From Dicyema japonicum (Eukaryota > Animalia > Dicyemida): 64,000 bases of DNA. The notes below the pieces were generated by a model, which was not told the DNA's origin, searched no databases, and was given only the letters and a program-made list of their open reading frames with translations. Every line of letters starts with the position of its first letter. The first letter of the stretch is position 1. The translations under genes were made by a program, and so were the position numbers. This document shows, one piece after another, positions 13,270 to 26,656 of the stretch. The DNA is taken from NCBI GenBank assembly GCA_011109175.1, contig RDEW01000015.1, positions 328,310-392,309 on the forward strand, given 5' to 3'.

Positions 13270-15390
13270 TTTTATTTTCTGGAGGAGGATTATTGACTAT
13301 CGTTAAGGTGGACTTAAATTTACGGATGTCAACCATTTATCTTTTCTCTGCGAAGGGGATTTTATTCTGGAACAGATTTTTATTGAAGTATCCTTTTCTC
13401 CGACGAAATGTTTTACACTGTAATGTTCTATATCTCACCTCAAGGGTCGTGTACTACTTCCTACATCCCCAACCTACTGAGATTGTGTGGACTAAAGGAT
13501 CTGCTACTAATGCGGAGACTTAAATGCCAAATATCCGCTCGTGGTTCCGGACACAATCAACGCGACAATTGCGGATCCCTGCTGGATATCTTTCATGGGA
13601 TGTGTTCGTTATGGTTTTACAAGCGACCATAATCCAATTTTGTTGAAACTCAAAAGATCCAAGATGTTCTACAAAAGTTTAAGAACTATTCGAAGGCAAA
13701 TTGGTTTGGTCAGCACGTTTGTGAATAATCGGGCCTCGCTGTGGAAGACTTCCTTGTTGACAAGGCAGCCATGATGTCAACTTTAGTTTTTCTAAAAGCG
13801 GACAGAATGTTCATCCCATTAACCTATTACAGAAAATTCAATCCGAAACTATCTTCGGCATCCTGGAGCATTATCAAGAAACAGGATGCTTTGAGGAAAC
13901 CAGAATACAATCAGATGGCTCAAACGCTCTCTAAATAGCAGAATTTCCCAGCTAATCCGTACTAACCACAGACACAATCGACTATGCCACAGAACTCATG
14001 TGGAACCTTCTGGAAGACACTAAGAAGTATCAAAAGCCTCACAAAAGAAGATGGCGGCGGAGTGGAAACCGTTACCCTTGTCCCGGAACTTGCCAATAAC
14101 CTTATGAAATACTAATTGTCGATCAGCCAACAGAATTTCTCTGGCTCTATTTTCAAAGGTAATATGACCCGCTTTCACATATTTTATCGAACTAGAGCTC
14201 AAGTCTTCCGGATAGAGGATTTTAGCTCTATCGACGCCGCTGTCACATAATCAACGAATATTATACTCTGAGCTTGCAAAAGATACATTCCGATGTGCCG
14301 TCCTCAACGTCCATCACACCCAATTGATGCTGAAAAGCGAACTCTAATCCAAACGAGAAATAATCTGAAGAAATTCTAAAGACAATAAGTGGACTTAACT
14401 GAAATAATATCAAAACTGAATAAAGAAATCACTCGGAACATCACAAAACACATAAAGAACGTTGGGAAGCCGTGCTTAGAAAGCTACGAATAATACTTCC
14501 TCTACTGTATTATTGGAAATCCGATAAGGAGGCTCAAGAAGTGGTCTTCAAATTTAATTGTACATCGAGAGCCATACCCGAATCCCAATAACCTTATGAA
14601 GTACTATGTAGTCATAGACCATATTCAAAGGACCCTAATGTTCGTTCAGGCCATGGTCGAAGGAATAAATGTCCCATCATGACTTTCCTCGACCCGTCAA
14701 TAGTGAACGCAGAAAATGAATAACTCGTCGTCCCGCGGTTCAAATGACATCTCCATTCTCGAATTGAAACACCTGGGTCCTTCTGCGACGATCACAATAA
14801 CAAAAATTGTCAATTTCTCAATAAACGAAAACAACATCCCGTTAATATAGAAGAAATCACTAATGCTGGTCTCAGTGGATGTGAAGAAGCCTTATGACTC
14901 AGTATCCCGGAAGATCCTTACAGCAAAAATTTTACGACGTCGATCAACCCTAAATTCAAGTCATGGTTGGCTAACTTCATCAACGGTCGAATGGGCCAAG
15001 TGGTGGCAAACTACCAAAAATCAAAACCGAAATACCTTCCAAATAGAGTTCCACAAGGATCACCGTTGTCATAAATACTCTTCAAAATGTTCCTCAGTGA
15101 CCTCCCATCCCCAACCACCAAAAACTGAATTCTTTTAGTGTGCGGATGATCTCATGGTTGCAGTGAAACATCAAAGACTCGAGGAGGCGACACGGTCCGT
15201 GCAAGATATGTTAAACCTGATGGGTCTTTGGTTCTTAAATAACCGTCTGAATACATCAGGAAAGACATATGTAGAGGTTTACCTCAGCACGAAAAGTATA
15301 CGAGCAACACCAGAATATTGTATGATTTCCCGCTCCCCATTAAGAAGATCCTTTCAATCCTTGGAGTTATCCTGCATCCTCTCTTCATAT
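13270..15390 (+). mobile_element. Degraded APE-RT LINE (family B)
   Basis: APE motifs GGGLLTIV and DHNPILL; RT motif VSVDVKKPYDSVS; clear nucleotide similarity to 56760-58885. Confidence 0.8.
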
Positions 15391-16079
15391 TCACTCATCA
15401 AGTGAACCTGGTTAAGAAAATTGGAATTCCCAAGGCCTTTCTCCCCCCCCATTCTCAAAATCATCAATGAAATTTTTAATGTTACCGATGTGAACGGAGA
15501 TGGTTCTCCCAGCGTCTTGGAATCGTTAACTTCCGTGGTAATGCTCACTGTCTCCTGGAGCTGATACCTGATTTGTTTCTATTGTTTAATAAATATTGAT
15601 TTTGTTTAAAAAATGAGAAAAATGTCTAGAAAGCAGAAAATAAAAGATAAATATGAGCGTAGGCATAATGCATAGGTTCGAGGTCCTCGTCATACCAATT
15701 GTAATGACGTGGGAAGGAACTTGTATTATGTACCACAGGGGATATTTAAGTTGATAGGTATTTAAAATCCTATATGCAAACTATTTCAGAGACTTCAGAT
15801 AGCATATTCCTCGAATACAGGATGTCGATTTCATTTATGTCAGTAGGGAATATAATGGCACTGGAAACCTCATACTCAAATATTTTTACCAGTTTGAGTC
15901 ACTTGGAGTGATGGAGAAGGGAAGGACTGTCATACCAATCCCAGGAAATACCGACGTCAACTTTTAATTTTATTAACCCCATAATCACAAGAGGACAAGA
16001 GTTGTCGTATAATTGATCCCATTGTCCATAGCAAACTTTCTCCTACAGTTAGTTTTGGATTCCCGGATTAATCTAGTTT

Positions 16080-16440
16080 AATTGCCGGCCCGAGGAGATG
16101 TTCTGAAGATTTTCTCATTTGAAAAAGTCTTAAATGTTCTCTGTAGTAACGATGATGATGTCTTTTTCGACAATTTCAATAATATTGAGACATTGGTTTT
16201 GTACGACAGTTTGCTGTGTGCCGATGTTGATAGCAATCCATGCAGCACAGGCGTACTCGATACTCGGTAGAACAAATTGTTTGTATAGAAGCTACAACGA
16301 TGGGAGGGAAGATATCTGGAAGTGTGTAAAAGTCTTGGGAATTCCAAATTTCTATTGGATTCTCGGGGTTACCAGGTCCACTTGATGTGTCTTTTCGTGA
16401 TGAGGTAAACGGTATAATGAATCAAAACCCTTTCCATATC
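16080..16440 (-). mobile_element. LINE C-terminal fragment
   Basis: Minus strand encodes LYKQFVL(P)SIEYACAAW; homologous to 17230-17400 on the plus strand. Confidence 0.7.
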
Positions 16441-17034
16441 CACTGAGAGCAGTACTGTTCTCTCGTGTGGATTTGAACTATTCAATACTGAAGAAGTGTT
16501 AAAGTGAACACAGGTAATTAAATTAAAGGATGTAATATGAAATGGTAGGGTTTGACGAGTCTGGCAAAATATTTTGACCTCATGGTTTTAACACAGAATT
16601 TATCCATCAATCGGAACACCATCCCGACCATCTGGAAGTTATCCAATATACAATCGACCTCGAAGCCTGAGGACCAAATGATTCCTCCTTTTATAAACAA
16701 ATATCTCTCCTCTGCTCATCTAATAGAAGCTAATTTTCGATGTGATCCGCCAATATCTCACCATGATTTACGTTCAGCACGACTTCAAGAAGGATCTCAC
16801 GACAACCAACCCTAATAAGATTCATTCTGGAGAACCTACAATGTAATCTGGAACATCAAAAAACACATAGTATGCTATATTGGGCTTTCAACAGTTTCTC
16901 ACGTTTAACCATACTTAAAAGTCTTTTGACTCAATCCCAAGAAAAGTACTAGGAAAGTATTTGATCTGATATTCCAAGCAACTTTTTGAGGGACGGAAAG
17001 GAAGGGTCGTATCAAAAAATAACATTTTAAATTG

Positions 17035-17755
17035 GCCACGTGACACCATGTGGTGCTAAGTGACTAGTTGGACAAAAATTATTTTCTTTCCCTCCGATGG
17101 CGTCATTGGATCCACCTTACTGAGGAGACGTTCAATGCCTGCCCGGCATTAAGAGGATCCAACTATTCTTTTCCCTGTGGACAATTTCGTTACCTGGAGA
17201 CAATTTCTTACTATTATTATTTATTATAGAGCTTTTATACAAACAATTTGTTCTACCTAGTATTGAGTACGCCTGTGCTGCATGGATTGCCCCCTTATCA
17301 ATATCGTCACAGAACAAGCTGGAGGTCTTACAAAATCGATGTCTCAGGATTCTATTGAGATCATCGAAAAAAACGTCCATTTCGTTACTACGGAGAACAC
17401 TAAACGTCCCCCAATCATGGAATACCATACGGAACGTCACAGGGACTTCCTCAAGATGGCAAAGTCCCCTGACCATTCTCTTGTGCCGGACATCAAACTA
17501 TATATGGACGCTTGCCCGAGATATGAGAAGAAACTTTCCCTGTTGTGAAGATTAATCCAGGACTCCAAAACTAACCGCAGGAAAAGGACTGGTATGGAGA
17601 CCGGGATCACTTAATTAGACGGCAACTTTTATTTTCTTTCTCGTGATTTTGGGGTTAATAATAAGGAGACAAGTTCTGGAACGCTGTAACGAGTCAGGAT
17701 CAAGGAGTTAGTTAGATTGGTTACTCTTGGTCATTGAAATAAATTTAATTTTAAT
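17035..17755 (+). mobile_element. SINE-like element (family A) interrupted by a LINE insertion
   Basis: Head and body at 17035-17203 and tail at 17673-17755 match the uninterrupted copy at 53891-54135; 8-bp TSD GGAGACAA at 17196-17203 and 17665-17672. Confidence 0.75.
17204..17664 (+). mobile_element. 5'-truncated LINE (family B 3' end)
   Basis: LYKQFVLPSIEYACAAW and end ..RKRTGMETGIT*; 3' part matches 58630-58885; flanked by a TSD. Confidence 0.8.
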
Positions 17756-18816
17756 CTGTTTTTACACGCCTTAGACAAATTCTGACGACAGATCACTAAT
17801 ACGGATGATGTAAACCTCCCATTCAGCTACATACAGCCAATGGACACCTCCTGGACCTAAATGAGATTAATCCAGGACTCCTATACGATTTTATTCATCC
17901 CGAACAGAAGATTGACCAACTTTGGTTAACCATTTTTCTTAACGGAAAACAAATCCCACTCACGAACTCAATCAAAACATTGGGAGTTACTTTTGACCCT
18001 CTCGTGACATTTGGATGACAATTGAGCAAAGTGTTCTCCTCAGGCCAGAGAAAACAGAATTTAATAAAGCTGCTCCTTGGGCAATACATGAGTTCTTTCT
18101 CCTCAACGCTTTGGTCCCCATGTACCCAATATATTGAACCAAGCGGCATTAACCTAGAAAAAACGCAAGGACTTACAGTCCTATGTAATTTGAACTCTAA
18201 AAAAGTTTTTGTCCTCCATGGTACCCCTACCTCTTAAGAGACCTTAGTGAGGAAAACAGAAGTGTGGGGAATCCCATGATGAATATCGAATTAAGATAAT
18301 GTGATTGCTGAGAGATGAATAAATATCCTAATGGACGAGTTTTCTCTTCCTTAATGGGGATTCTGGTCATTAAATAAGTAAAGTAAAACATAGTTTCTCA
18401 TTCTGCATTTGCATACAAAACCGAGATAAACCTAACAACAATTGATAGTTTAAATGGATCAAAATCAAAAAGCAAGTGAATACACTTAATCTTAGCTGAG
18501 GACATCAAACAGAACCCAGGCAATCATTCAACTCAGCATAAATTGACTTACGCAAAAAATGCCTGAACTTATGCCTTTCTTTCCATCTATGAAATTGATA
18601 TCCTCTAACAGAAAAATCTCTCTATACGATTCATTCGTTCCAAGACTTCTCAATAATAGACAATCAGAATATTTTCTTTCAATAGGCATCCGAGTAGACC
18701 TGTCCCGTCTACACTGAACATTACTCTTCTATATTAAAGGACCACTTAAAAGACTACTTAGACCTACAAAGAGCACACCATTAACAAATAAAAACACGAA
18801 TACTGTAATCAGAAAA

Positions 18817-19224
18817 TTATATGTTGGAAGGATACAGCATCTAACAAAATAAAAACTTTTCAAACCACTCTGATCCTACTCCCAATAGCACTTGGCGGCA
18901 AATTGTGCCTAAACCTGGCTCTGACTGCTCCAGAATTACCATGAGAGGCCACAACCTTCCCCCAAATGGCACGGCGTCTCGAATCCTTCACTGGAAACTT
19001 ATTCTTTCTACTATCACTATTTCACATTACTTTTTGGATTTGTAAACGTAGCAACACTTTTTGCCGAGGAAGAAATCTGTCTCCTCTTTTTTCTCAACCC
19101 CATCTAATTTAAGGAGAGCAGTGTTCTCTCGTTGATTGGTCCTCCCACGACGGAATCCAGTGAAGACTGCTTTCACGTAAAGTCTATTTTGAGTTAATCC
19201 AAACCTTCCAATCTTCTTGTCCAT
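18817..19224 (-). CDS. RPL35A: 60S ribosomal protein L35a (eL33)
   Basis: [45 protein letters not shown] and RIRVMLYPSNI*; introns of 21, 23 and 25 nt. Confidence 0.95.
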
Positions 19225-19344
19225 TTTTTCTGAAATTTGCTGTTCTGGGACTTCTAAAAGTAATTAAATAGATGATATATGAAATCTACAAAAATGCAAC
19301 CAACCAACTTCCATAACAACGTGAAAATTTAAATTTTATTTAAA

Positions 19345-20465
19345 AATATAATTCACCTTTATTTAACAAACAATAAAAAAGTTAATATATTTATTAATCA
19401 ACAACCTTCCTCGCCTGCCTGTTCGCCAGCCTCCTCAGGCAGGTTCGATTCTGGTTGCTGAAACAACTCCGAGAGCGCATTGTCAATTGAACCTTCTGCC
19501 CATATGGCATCTCAGGGCTCTGCCTCCTATACTCCAGTGTCAAGCTCTTTAGGGTCCGCTTTAACACAGTGGACTGTAGATAGGCCTGAAGCTTCCTATC
19601 TACCCCCAACTGCTTCAGATAACCCTTGTGGTACTTTGTTGCAATTCCTTCCCACGTCATTACTATAGGAATAACGAGGACCTTGCAACCAAGCATCTGC
19701 CCCATCTCGATTGCAAGAAAGTCATACTTCCTTTTTTTCTCCACCTCCACAGTCTGCAAACGGTCTTGAGACGTGATGCCAACTTCTATGATAAGGACTT
19801 GGCCAGACTCCTTATCGTGTACCACAATGTCCGGTTTATTGTGCTTGACTAGCACCGAGGTACGGATAACACTGTCTACCTTAATTTGGACCCTGGTGTT
19901 CTCTACTACAGATTGCACCTTATGAGTCCGCAACTTTCTGGTGTGGCGAATACCATACTTATTGCATAGTAGAAGATGAAGACTCCTTACTACCTCGTTA
20001 TGCCTCCACACATAGTCGTGGCAGAGCATGGATCCACATCGAGTGGCTAAATGATCAACCGACATGCTCCTTGACTTACAGTGGGGACATGTATTTGTTG
20101 ATCGACCCCAAAAAATATTGCGGTCTTGCATATACGTGTACAACGCCTCCGATCGAGGTGAGTTGTCACCGTATTTTAGCCATATTGTCGACGACTTAAG
20201 GTCGACATGTGGGTTGTCCAATGCTCTGAAAAGGACTTTATGAAGGCTTTTTAAGTTGATCTTTTCCATCAAATTATTATATTGTAATTCGATCAACGCC
20301 TTCACATTTACTAGCCCACCATCATCAACACCATACTTAGCAGACAAAAAAGGTCTGATAGTGCCTAGGTGGGTTGCCCGTGTTTTCTCGGTCGTTATTA
20401 TGGCGTGCTTCCTAGCAGACACACTTGACCCAGCTATCAGGGTCTCGTGCATTCGCATTAGGATA
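19345..20465 (-). mobile_element. 5'-truncated RLE-type non-LTR retrotransposon (R4/NeSL-like)
   Basis: Long ORF with CCHC knuckle (CPHC..VDHLATRC), RHNEV and PD-(D/E)xK nuclease (KPDIVVHD..LIIEVG..EKKRKY); 3' end very similar to 56090-56652. Confidence 0.85.
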
Positions 20466-20590
20466 CGCTCACTTAGTTGGACTACTCCACACAGTCCACT
20501 TGATATCACTCTGACCTCGAGGACTAGGATCACTTAATTTGCTGAAGACCCTCTTTCTAACCAGTTGATCCTGAGGCAATAATTAATAAT
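20466..20590 (+). mobile_element. Short LINE 3' tail
   Basis: ..TSRTRIT*, AGGATCAC..GATCCT stem and AATAATTAATAAT tail. Confidence 0.5.
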
Positions 20591-21134
20591 CCCGTCCTTC
20601 TCCATAAACGGAAAATATTGTTGTTTTTGCGTTGAATCTAAATAGTTGGGATTTACGCCATCTATTCAGCCATCTACTTATAACACCATATTCAGTCAAC
20701 AATAATTAAAATCTTTAATTACCAATTATATACTCCAAATCTACGTATTCTCAGATCTTTTTTACCTTAGAACTACTGACTTGCTTACCTCTTCCATTCT
20801 GTTCAGATAATCGTCATGTGCTCATCATAATAAGTTGTCAGCTCCAACAAACATGCAGAAGCGAATTCTTCGTTCAGAGTTTTGACTCTATGGTTGCAGT
20901 CGACACTTCTATTTGAAATCAATTAATTTATCTTATCGTCGTTTTTTTAGTAATTTTGACTACGTGATTAAAAATTAAAAATAATTCCTAAGACCACCGT
21001 TAAGCCAAAAAAATGAACTAAGTGATCCCGATGAATTGAATCATGGCTTTCATCTTTGTTCGGTGTTGATCCATTGAGCCTACACAAGTTCGCTGCGGGC
21101 GAGCACTTCCTTATTGGCATTGGTGTCCTTTTTT

Positions 21135-21665
21135 GGGAGTCACCTTTGATCAGGGACTCACCTTTATCCGACATGTTGAGAACAAAGTAACTTCTGCTTT
21201 GAAGAAAATGAGAATTTTAAAAGTGCTCTCAAAACACTTAGAGACCAAACTGGTAGCCTTGCCACGATTTATGAACAATTTATCCGACCAACGATGACGT
21301 ATGCAAGTCCTTCATGGGCAATGCAGATTTCACGATCCTCCTCATTGATACTATCCTGTAGAAGAGACTGTAATAGGTTAATTGGACCAAAACACAAAAT
21401 CCAGCCCTTTGAAAATTTCTTAATCGAATTACAACGGAAACTCTTAAAGGAGGCTAGTTCACCGAACTTCCCTATATTCCATACTATCGAAATATCTACA
21501 ATCATACAGAAATTTTGAGCAGATGCCATGTCCAATGAGAAGAGCTTTTCACGATTCTCGACCCCGCCGGACTCGTCCTCTTTTTTGTCGGTCTGGGATC
21601 ACTTAGTTAGATGAAAACTTTTATTTCTTTCTCTTTGACCCAGTGATCCTGGGGTAATAATAATA
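21135..21665 (+). mobile_element. LINE family C 3' end
   Basis: Near-identical to 31090-31605 and 45365-45890; ends GIT* with stem-loop and (AAT)n. Confidence 0.9.
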
Positions 21666-21699
21666 ATTTGTTTTTTCAATTAGTGTCTCCAAGGGCATC

Positions 21700-22480
21700 A
21701 GTGAATTGATATTTTCCCCTGTATACCGTCTTTCAGTTTGTTTGAAGGCCCTTTTCTGTGTTGCGGAGATTTTCTGAGTGTTCGTATAAGAGACAATGGT
21801 CCCCATGAAGTACACGCACATGAAATGCATGGTTCGAAGTACTGTGAGTAGAGCATCCTGAGTATAGGGTGATGTCCAATTTTTCATAGACCTGTTAGGC
21901 ATTTCAGAAGGTTGATTTTCTTTTAACATTTGTTCAGCACGTTAGTGACTGGATTGTCAGAGTTCCTTTGAGTGTTCTTGTGTTTTTTGATGGGTCATTG
22001 ATGATTGTCAGATTGCGACAACAGCAAATTTCTTGTATCTGCAGGCATATTTAGCAGCCAGAGAGGGTGTTTGGCATTCAAATCGCCGCATATCACAACT
22101 TCGTTCCAACTCTCCAGTGCTGATAAGTCTGGCATAGTGTAATGTTTCAGACATGAGCCCGGAGGGAAAATATACATGTTTACAAAATATAGTCTTCCTT
22201 TTGTTGTTTCAACAGATATTCCTATTATCTCCGTGGTTTCATCACTTCCCAAGAGTTTCTTCACTTTGAGTGTATGGTCCTCATACTTTAGACCTTTTCT
22301 GATTAATGTAAGTATTCCTCCTCCACGTTTATTATTATGTTGTATCCGGGAAAAAAGGTCGTAGTATCTTTTGCTGATAGATTCGATTCTTGGATGAGCA
22401 CGATATCAACTTTGAGTTTAACAATCAGAGTTCTCAATAATTTTGCCTTTAATCCTGTTCACATTTAGTTGTAGAACAGA
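21700..22480 (-). mobile_element. LINE apurinic endonuclease fragment
   Basis: VLQLNVNRIKGK, DIVLIQE, YIFPP and VICGDLNAKHPLW motifs. Confidence 0.75.
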
Positions 22481-22759
22481 GATCCGGTACTTTGACTTGT
22501 GTAGATCACGAATCCAAGAAGCTGATGGCAGACCACTAATCCGTCGACCAAGGGCGACATGTACCCCCGGTGGAAGAGAGATAATGGTTCTTTTTCGAGA
22601 TGCTTAAAGAGCATTCTGAGCGCCTCCAGAATTGTTGTATCAGGTGAACCACATGACGCCACGCTAAAAATTTTAAATTTATTATTATTAGCAATGTCCG
22701 CGGAACCAGAAAAGTTAACTAATTTGAGATTCCACTTTTGCCATCCATCTAATTTATTT

Positions 22760-23400
22760 ATTGACCCGGGATCACCGAGAAAGAAAGACAAAAGTAATGT
22801 CAACTAGTTAGGTGATCCCAGTTCCCACAACCAAACATGCCATCCTAAGTCTGTGTGTCTCCATTGTTCCCACTGTCGAACGGAAATGACTTTTTTGATC
22901 CTTGCATAGGAAGCCGATTGGGGACGTAAATTTTTTAGCCAACTGATTTTCTTTTGCGTGGAACAGTGAGAGGCATCTTCCTCGCAAATGCGTAGAAATC
23001 CGGAGCCACATCTACGAGTTGTAGATTCAGTCAGCAGAAGAGGTATTTCTGTTTCATATTGTGGTCCCAGTATACGTGTTGTACTCCTTTGCAATAAGTT
23101 TAGTTTTTGGATAGTGGCCTCTGATAACGCGAATCTCCACGCAGCAGAAACATATTCCACAGCCTGGCGGTATATGATTCCGATTGCTTTATTCATATTC
23201 GCTGGGGTCTTCTGGATAAGGGCCCGTGTGACATTCAATTTCTGTTATCCTTTGGTGAAGACTTGTTTGGCATGGTAGGTAAAATTAGCAGCCTGTCGTA
23301 TGTCAATCCCAGGATTGAGGGTTTCTTGTGACAGGTATCCGAGTATGTCCGAACAGGGTTTGTTTCAATGTCGCCACATAGCAGGATCAAAAATCCAGAA
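22760..23400 (-). mobile_element. LINE family D 3' portion
   Basis: YRQAVEYVSAAW and ..SPIGFLCK..VGTGIT*, with a GGGATCAC/GTGATCCC tail. Confidence 0.8.
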
Positions 23401-24099
23401 CAAATATGACACGAGACGGAGTCGGAGGCACATAGCTTACGGAAACCCCCAATAGGGGAAGTTATTGGCTCTTTTCGTTCCTTTCCGGAATGAGTGACAC
23501 CTTATCGGGTGAGCCACAAGATACCATGTTAATTACATAATCACTAATTTTTAATTTCAAACATAAATTGCAACTAGAATAATAATATTTGTATAAATAT
23601 TATTTTGTATAAAATTAATTTAATTTAATATTCGAATCACGTTAATTTATGGTTGGTTGTCGTATTTAAGAATTATTTCTATCAAATGTGCTTTATGTGT
23701 CATTTAGAGCTCAAAAAAGACACTGAGGACCAAGTTATTCTTGGCAAAAAAGAGAAAACAGAACCGATCTCTCCCCCATTGGATGAGGCTTAAGACAGGA
23801 AACAGGATTCGTTATAATAACAAGAGGAGGCATTGGAGACGTACAAAGCTCAAGATATAAATAACTTTGATTTTTGTTTTGTCATATTTTTGATTTCTTT
23901 TTACCATCTTTAAAGACATTTCCTGTTTTTTTAGCATAGCTGAGGGCCACAGACAAAGGATCGCACTGTTAATTGAGATTACTGGAACAACAAACTTTTT
24001 CACTATACTTTGTCTCTCTTTCTCGGTGACCACAGAATTTTAAATTTCCCGTTTTTGGGTGACAAACTTCCAACTTTTCTACTTTTTGTTTCCAGCAAA

Positions 24100-24290
24100 C
24101 CTACGCTGGAATCTTGAGTCGTTAGGGCATCGGATCGCTACACGAAAAGGAGACCCTCATGAGTGCTGCTGGCTATTCGAGCGAATCTCGCTCGCTAACC
24201 TGAGAGGGAATAGGCACGCAGTCAGGGCAGCCTCTATATAACCGTTTACACTATTTTCAATAAAATTTAAAAAAAAAAACAAACCTACTG
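24100..24290 (+). mobile_element. CRE-like 3' end
   Basis: GDPHECCWLFERISLANLRGN followed by AATAAA and an A-run. Confidence 0.6.
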
Positions 24291-24456
24291 ATTGTTACTC
24301 TACCCGTATTGGTAATAATAATTTAGGAGCAATCCTAATGTCAGCTCAAAAATGATCCTTGTTTATGTTTTAGCTTATGGAGGAGATGAAAAATCAAAAA
24401 AGATCTGAAAACAGAACGAAAAAAAAATTTTAGAACTACATATATAAACGATAAAA

Positions 24457-24528
24457 TGGAGATACTGGGAATCGAACCCAGGACCTCCCGCATGCTAAGC
24501 GGGCGCTTTACCACTAAGCCATATCCCC
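24457..24528 (-). tRNA. tRNA-Ala (AGC)
   Basis: 72-nt cloverleaf GGGGATA...TATCTCCA with G3:U70, anticodon arm CCCGC-TTAGCAT-GCGGG, GTTCGA T-loop and downstream TTTT. Confidence 0.97.
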
Positions 24529-24599
24529 TTTTTCTTTCAATCATTTATTGAGAATTCTGGAATGGATAGAGAATAGATAAGTTCTGCTTCAGTCTTTGT

Positions 24600-25480
24600 T
24601 CAAGTGGCCGATGTCCTGGTCAGTAGAGAATTTGGGAAGGTAATTTAGAATCTTAGAATCCTCCTGACGAGGATATCACAGATTATCAGTGACGTGAGGA
24701 TGCAGGAAGATAAATGTTTTTGTGCTGAATTCCCAAACTAGTGAATATAACAGGTAGAATGACATGCTTCCATGAAGTATCCTCAAATTGGACAGTCTCT
24801 GAAGATTTTCTGAGGACTGATTTGACAATGTTACAGACGTTTAGAGGCGATCGATGAAGTTTAGTTATTTTCTCTTTACCAAAGGATAATATGAGTTCTC
24901 TGGGGGTCACCCTTTTATATCCTGGAAAAAGGGGACTGAGTGTATACCGAAGAGAAAAGATGATTTCTCTCTGTTTCATTGGTTGATCATATCGAAGATG
25001 GGACATCTTTCCTTAAAAACCTCAGGATATAGTCCCTTCTCAGACTGTTGAATGCATTTTTTTACGAGAGAAAATGCTTATGGAATCCTTGCTTTGTGGA
25101 ATTCTCAATATTGATGTTTTTGAAGTGAACTGCAACCTACGATCCGATACGTATTCCAACTCTGACTTGAGTCGAACTTAGGAACTTTGACAATGTAGAC
25201 GAAGAACATCTGGAGGTAATCTTGGCCACTAGCGTTGAGAAGACAAATCCGATCGTCTTCAGGTGGATTCCGCCTCCCTTCTTATCGAAGACGATCAGAC
25301 CTGGCGAAAACAGGACATGATGGACCTCCTCTGGTATACCTATAGATAATATGTGGTTTGTGAGTATAGTAATCGAATTGGCAAAACAACATGATCAGTC
25401 TCGAACTGACAGAAAAGTCAGGTATCTTAGATGATCAGGCTTCTAAAAGCAAAATTCCGTATTGCTGAAACGACTTCTTC
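24600..25480 (-). mobile_element. CRE-like RT fragment
   Basis: KGGGIHLKTIG..TLVAK, STQVRVGIRIGS and KNAFNSLRRDYIL, with stops. Confidence 0.6.
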
Positions 25481-26656
25481 ACTCTATGTGGTCTGAGGGG
25501 TCACTCCTAAGGGGGAAGTGTAGAGACACCATTTTTGTTATCTCGACTAACATTAGAGCTTTAACGTTAATTCAAGTTATTCGTCCACGATGTTCGTTTT
25601 ACTGTTTTGTAGGATTTATCTACGATGCTCGACTCCATCATCATCGGAGATCTGATTTCTATTAGTAACGACCATATTTTGCACGTGCTTAATCATGAAC
25701 CAATGTCAACAATTTTCTAGAAGATGCACTGACGCATCAAAATGGACGTGAGAAGGTACCCTTCGTATTCAGGAGTCTTCAAGAAATATTTCACAAAACC
25801 ATGATGTAATTGAGGGACTTTTTAAGACTCATATTTGCCGCAAGTTTAAAACTTGAGGTGGAGTCCTCAATTATCCTTATTTTCATGAACTCTGAAAAAC
25901 TGGATAACCCTGATTCGCACATCAAAATTATGGTACGAATCATTTTCAAGATTTATTGAGAATAAAAATGTTCTGGAACAGCAGCAATTCGGTCCAATCT
26001 CGTCGTCCAATCATGTGCTGAGTATCATCTCCATTTCAACTTTTGAATAATAAGGCGGGGGATTTCAAAACTCCCTTGAATATTATATACCCTCGATAAC
26101 CCTATAATCATTCCAAGGTTGCTGTCCAACTCGCTGATTTCTTACAGACTCGCAGAGATCAATCTTCATTTACGTTCTGTTCATTATTCTCTTGTCAGTT
26201 TCCCCTCGTTTAGAGAAAATTAATAATCTCTTTCGAAAAGACGAGTGCTAACCCCATTTTTCATTTCATAAAAACCTTTTACGAAGTCAAATATATTAAC
26301 TCACAACGGAACCTGGGCTAAAAGGGGTGATTTTTTTCTCGAAAAATAATTTACTTCATTCTGGGAAGACAAAAAGGGAATCGAGTAATATTGCCCTTTG
26401 GGTGATGCTAGAGGATGTTCTGAACAATATGAAGACTCCTTAATAAAACGACTTTCTAACTGGGGGAAGGGTTCATCAAAATTGTTCGGAAATCAGTCAA
26501 AAAAGAATTTTAATATGCGTGCAGTCCTAACTTGTCATATTGGAATTTGGGAGAGGTCTACCAACGCAAGCCATATAAAGCCGAACTCCGACGGGAAAGG
26601 GGCAAAAAGAAACCAAAATAAGGCAAATGTTCAAAAAACCGAAAAACAGAAAAAAA

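Noticed and set aside
23466-23516. Three-way junction resembling a hammerhead ribozyme (TGGCTC/GAGCCA stem, CGAAA after a hairpin, minus strand)
   Set aside because: The 7-nt junction is TCACTCA rather than CTGANGA, and there is no NUH cleavage triplet
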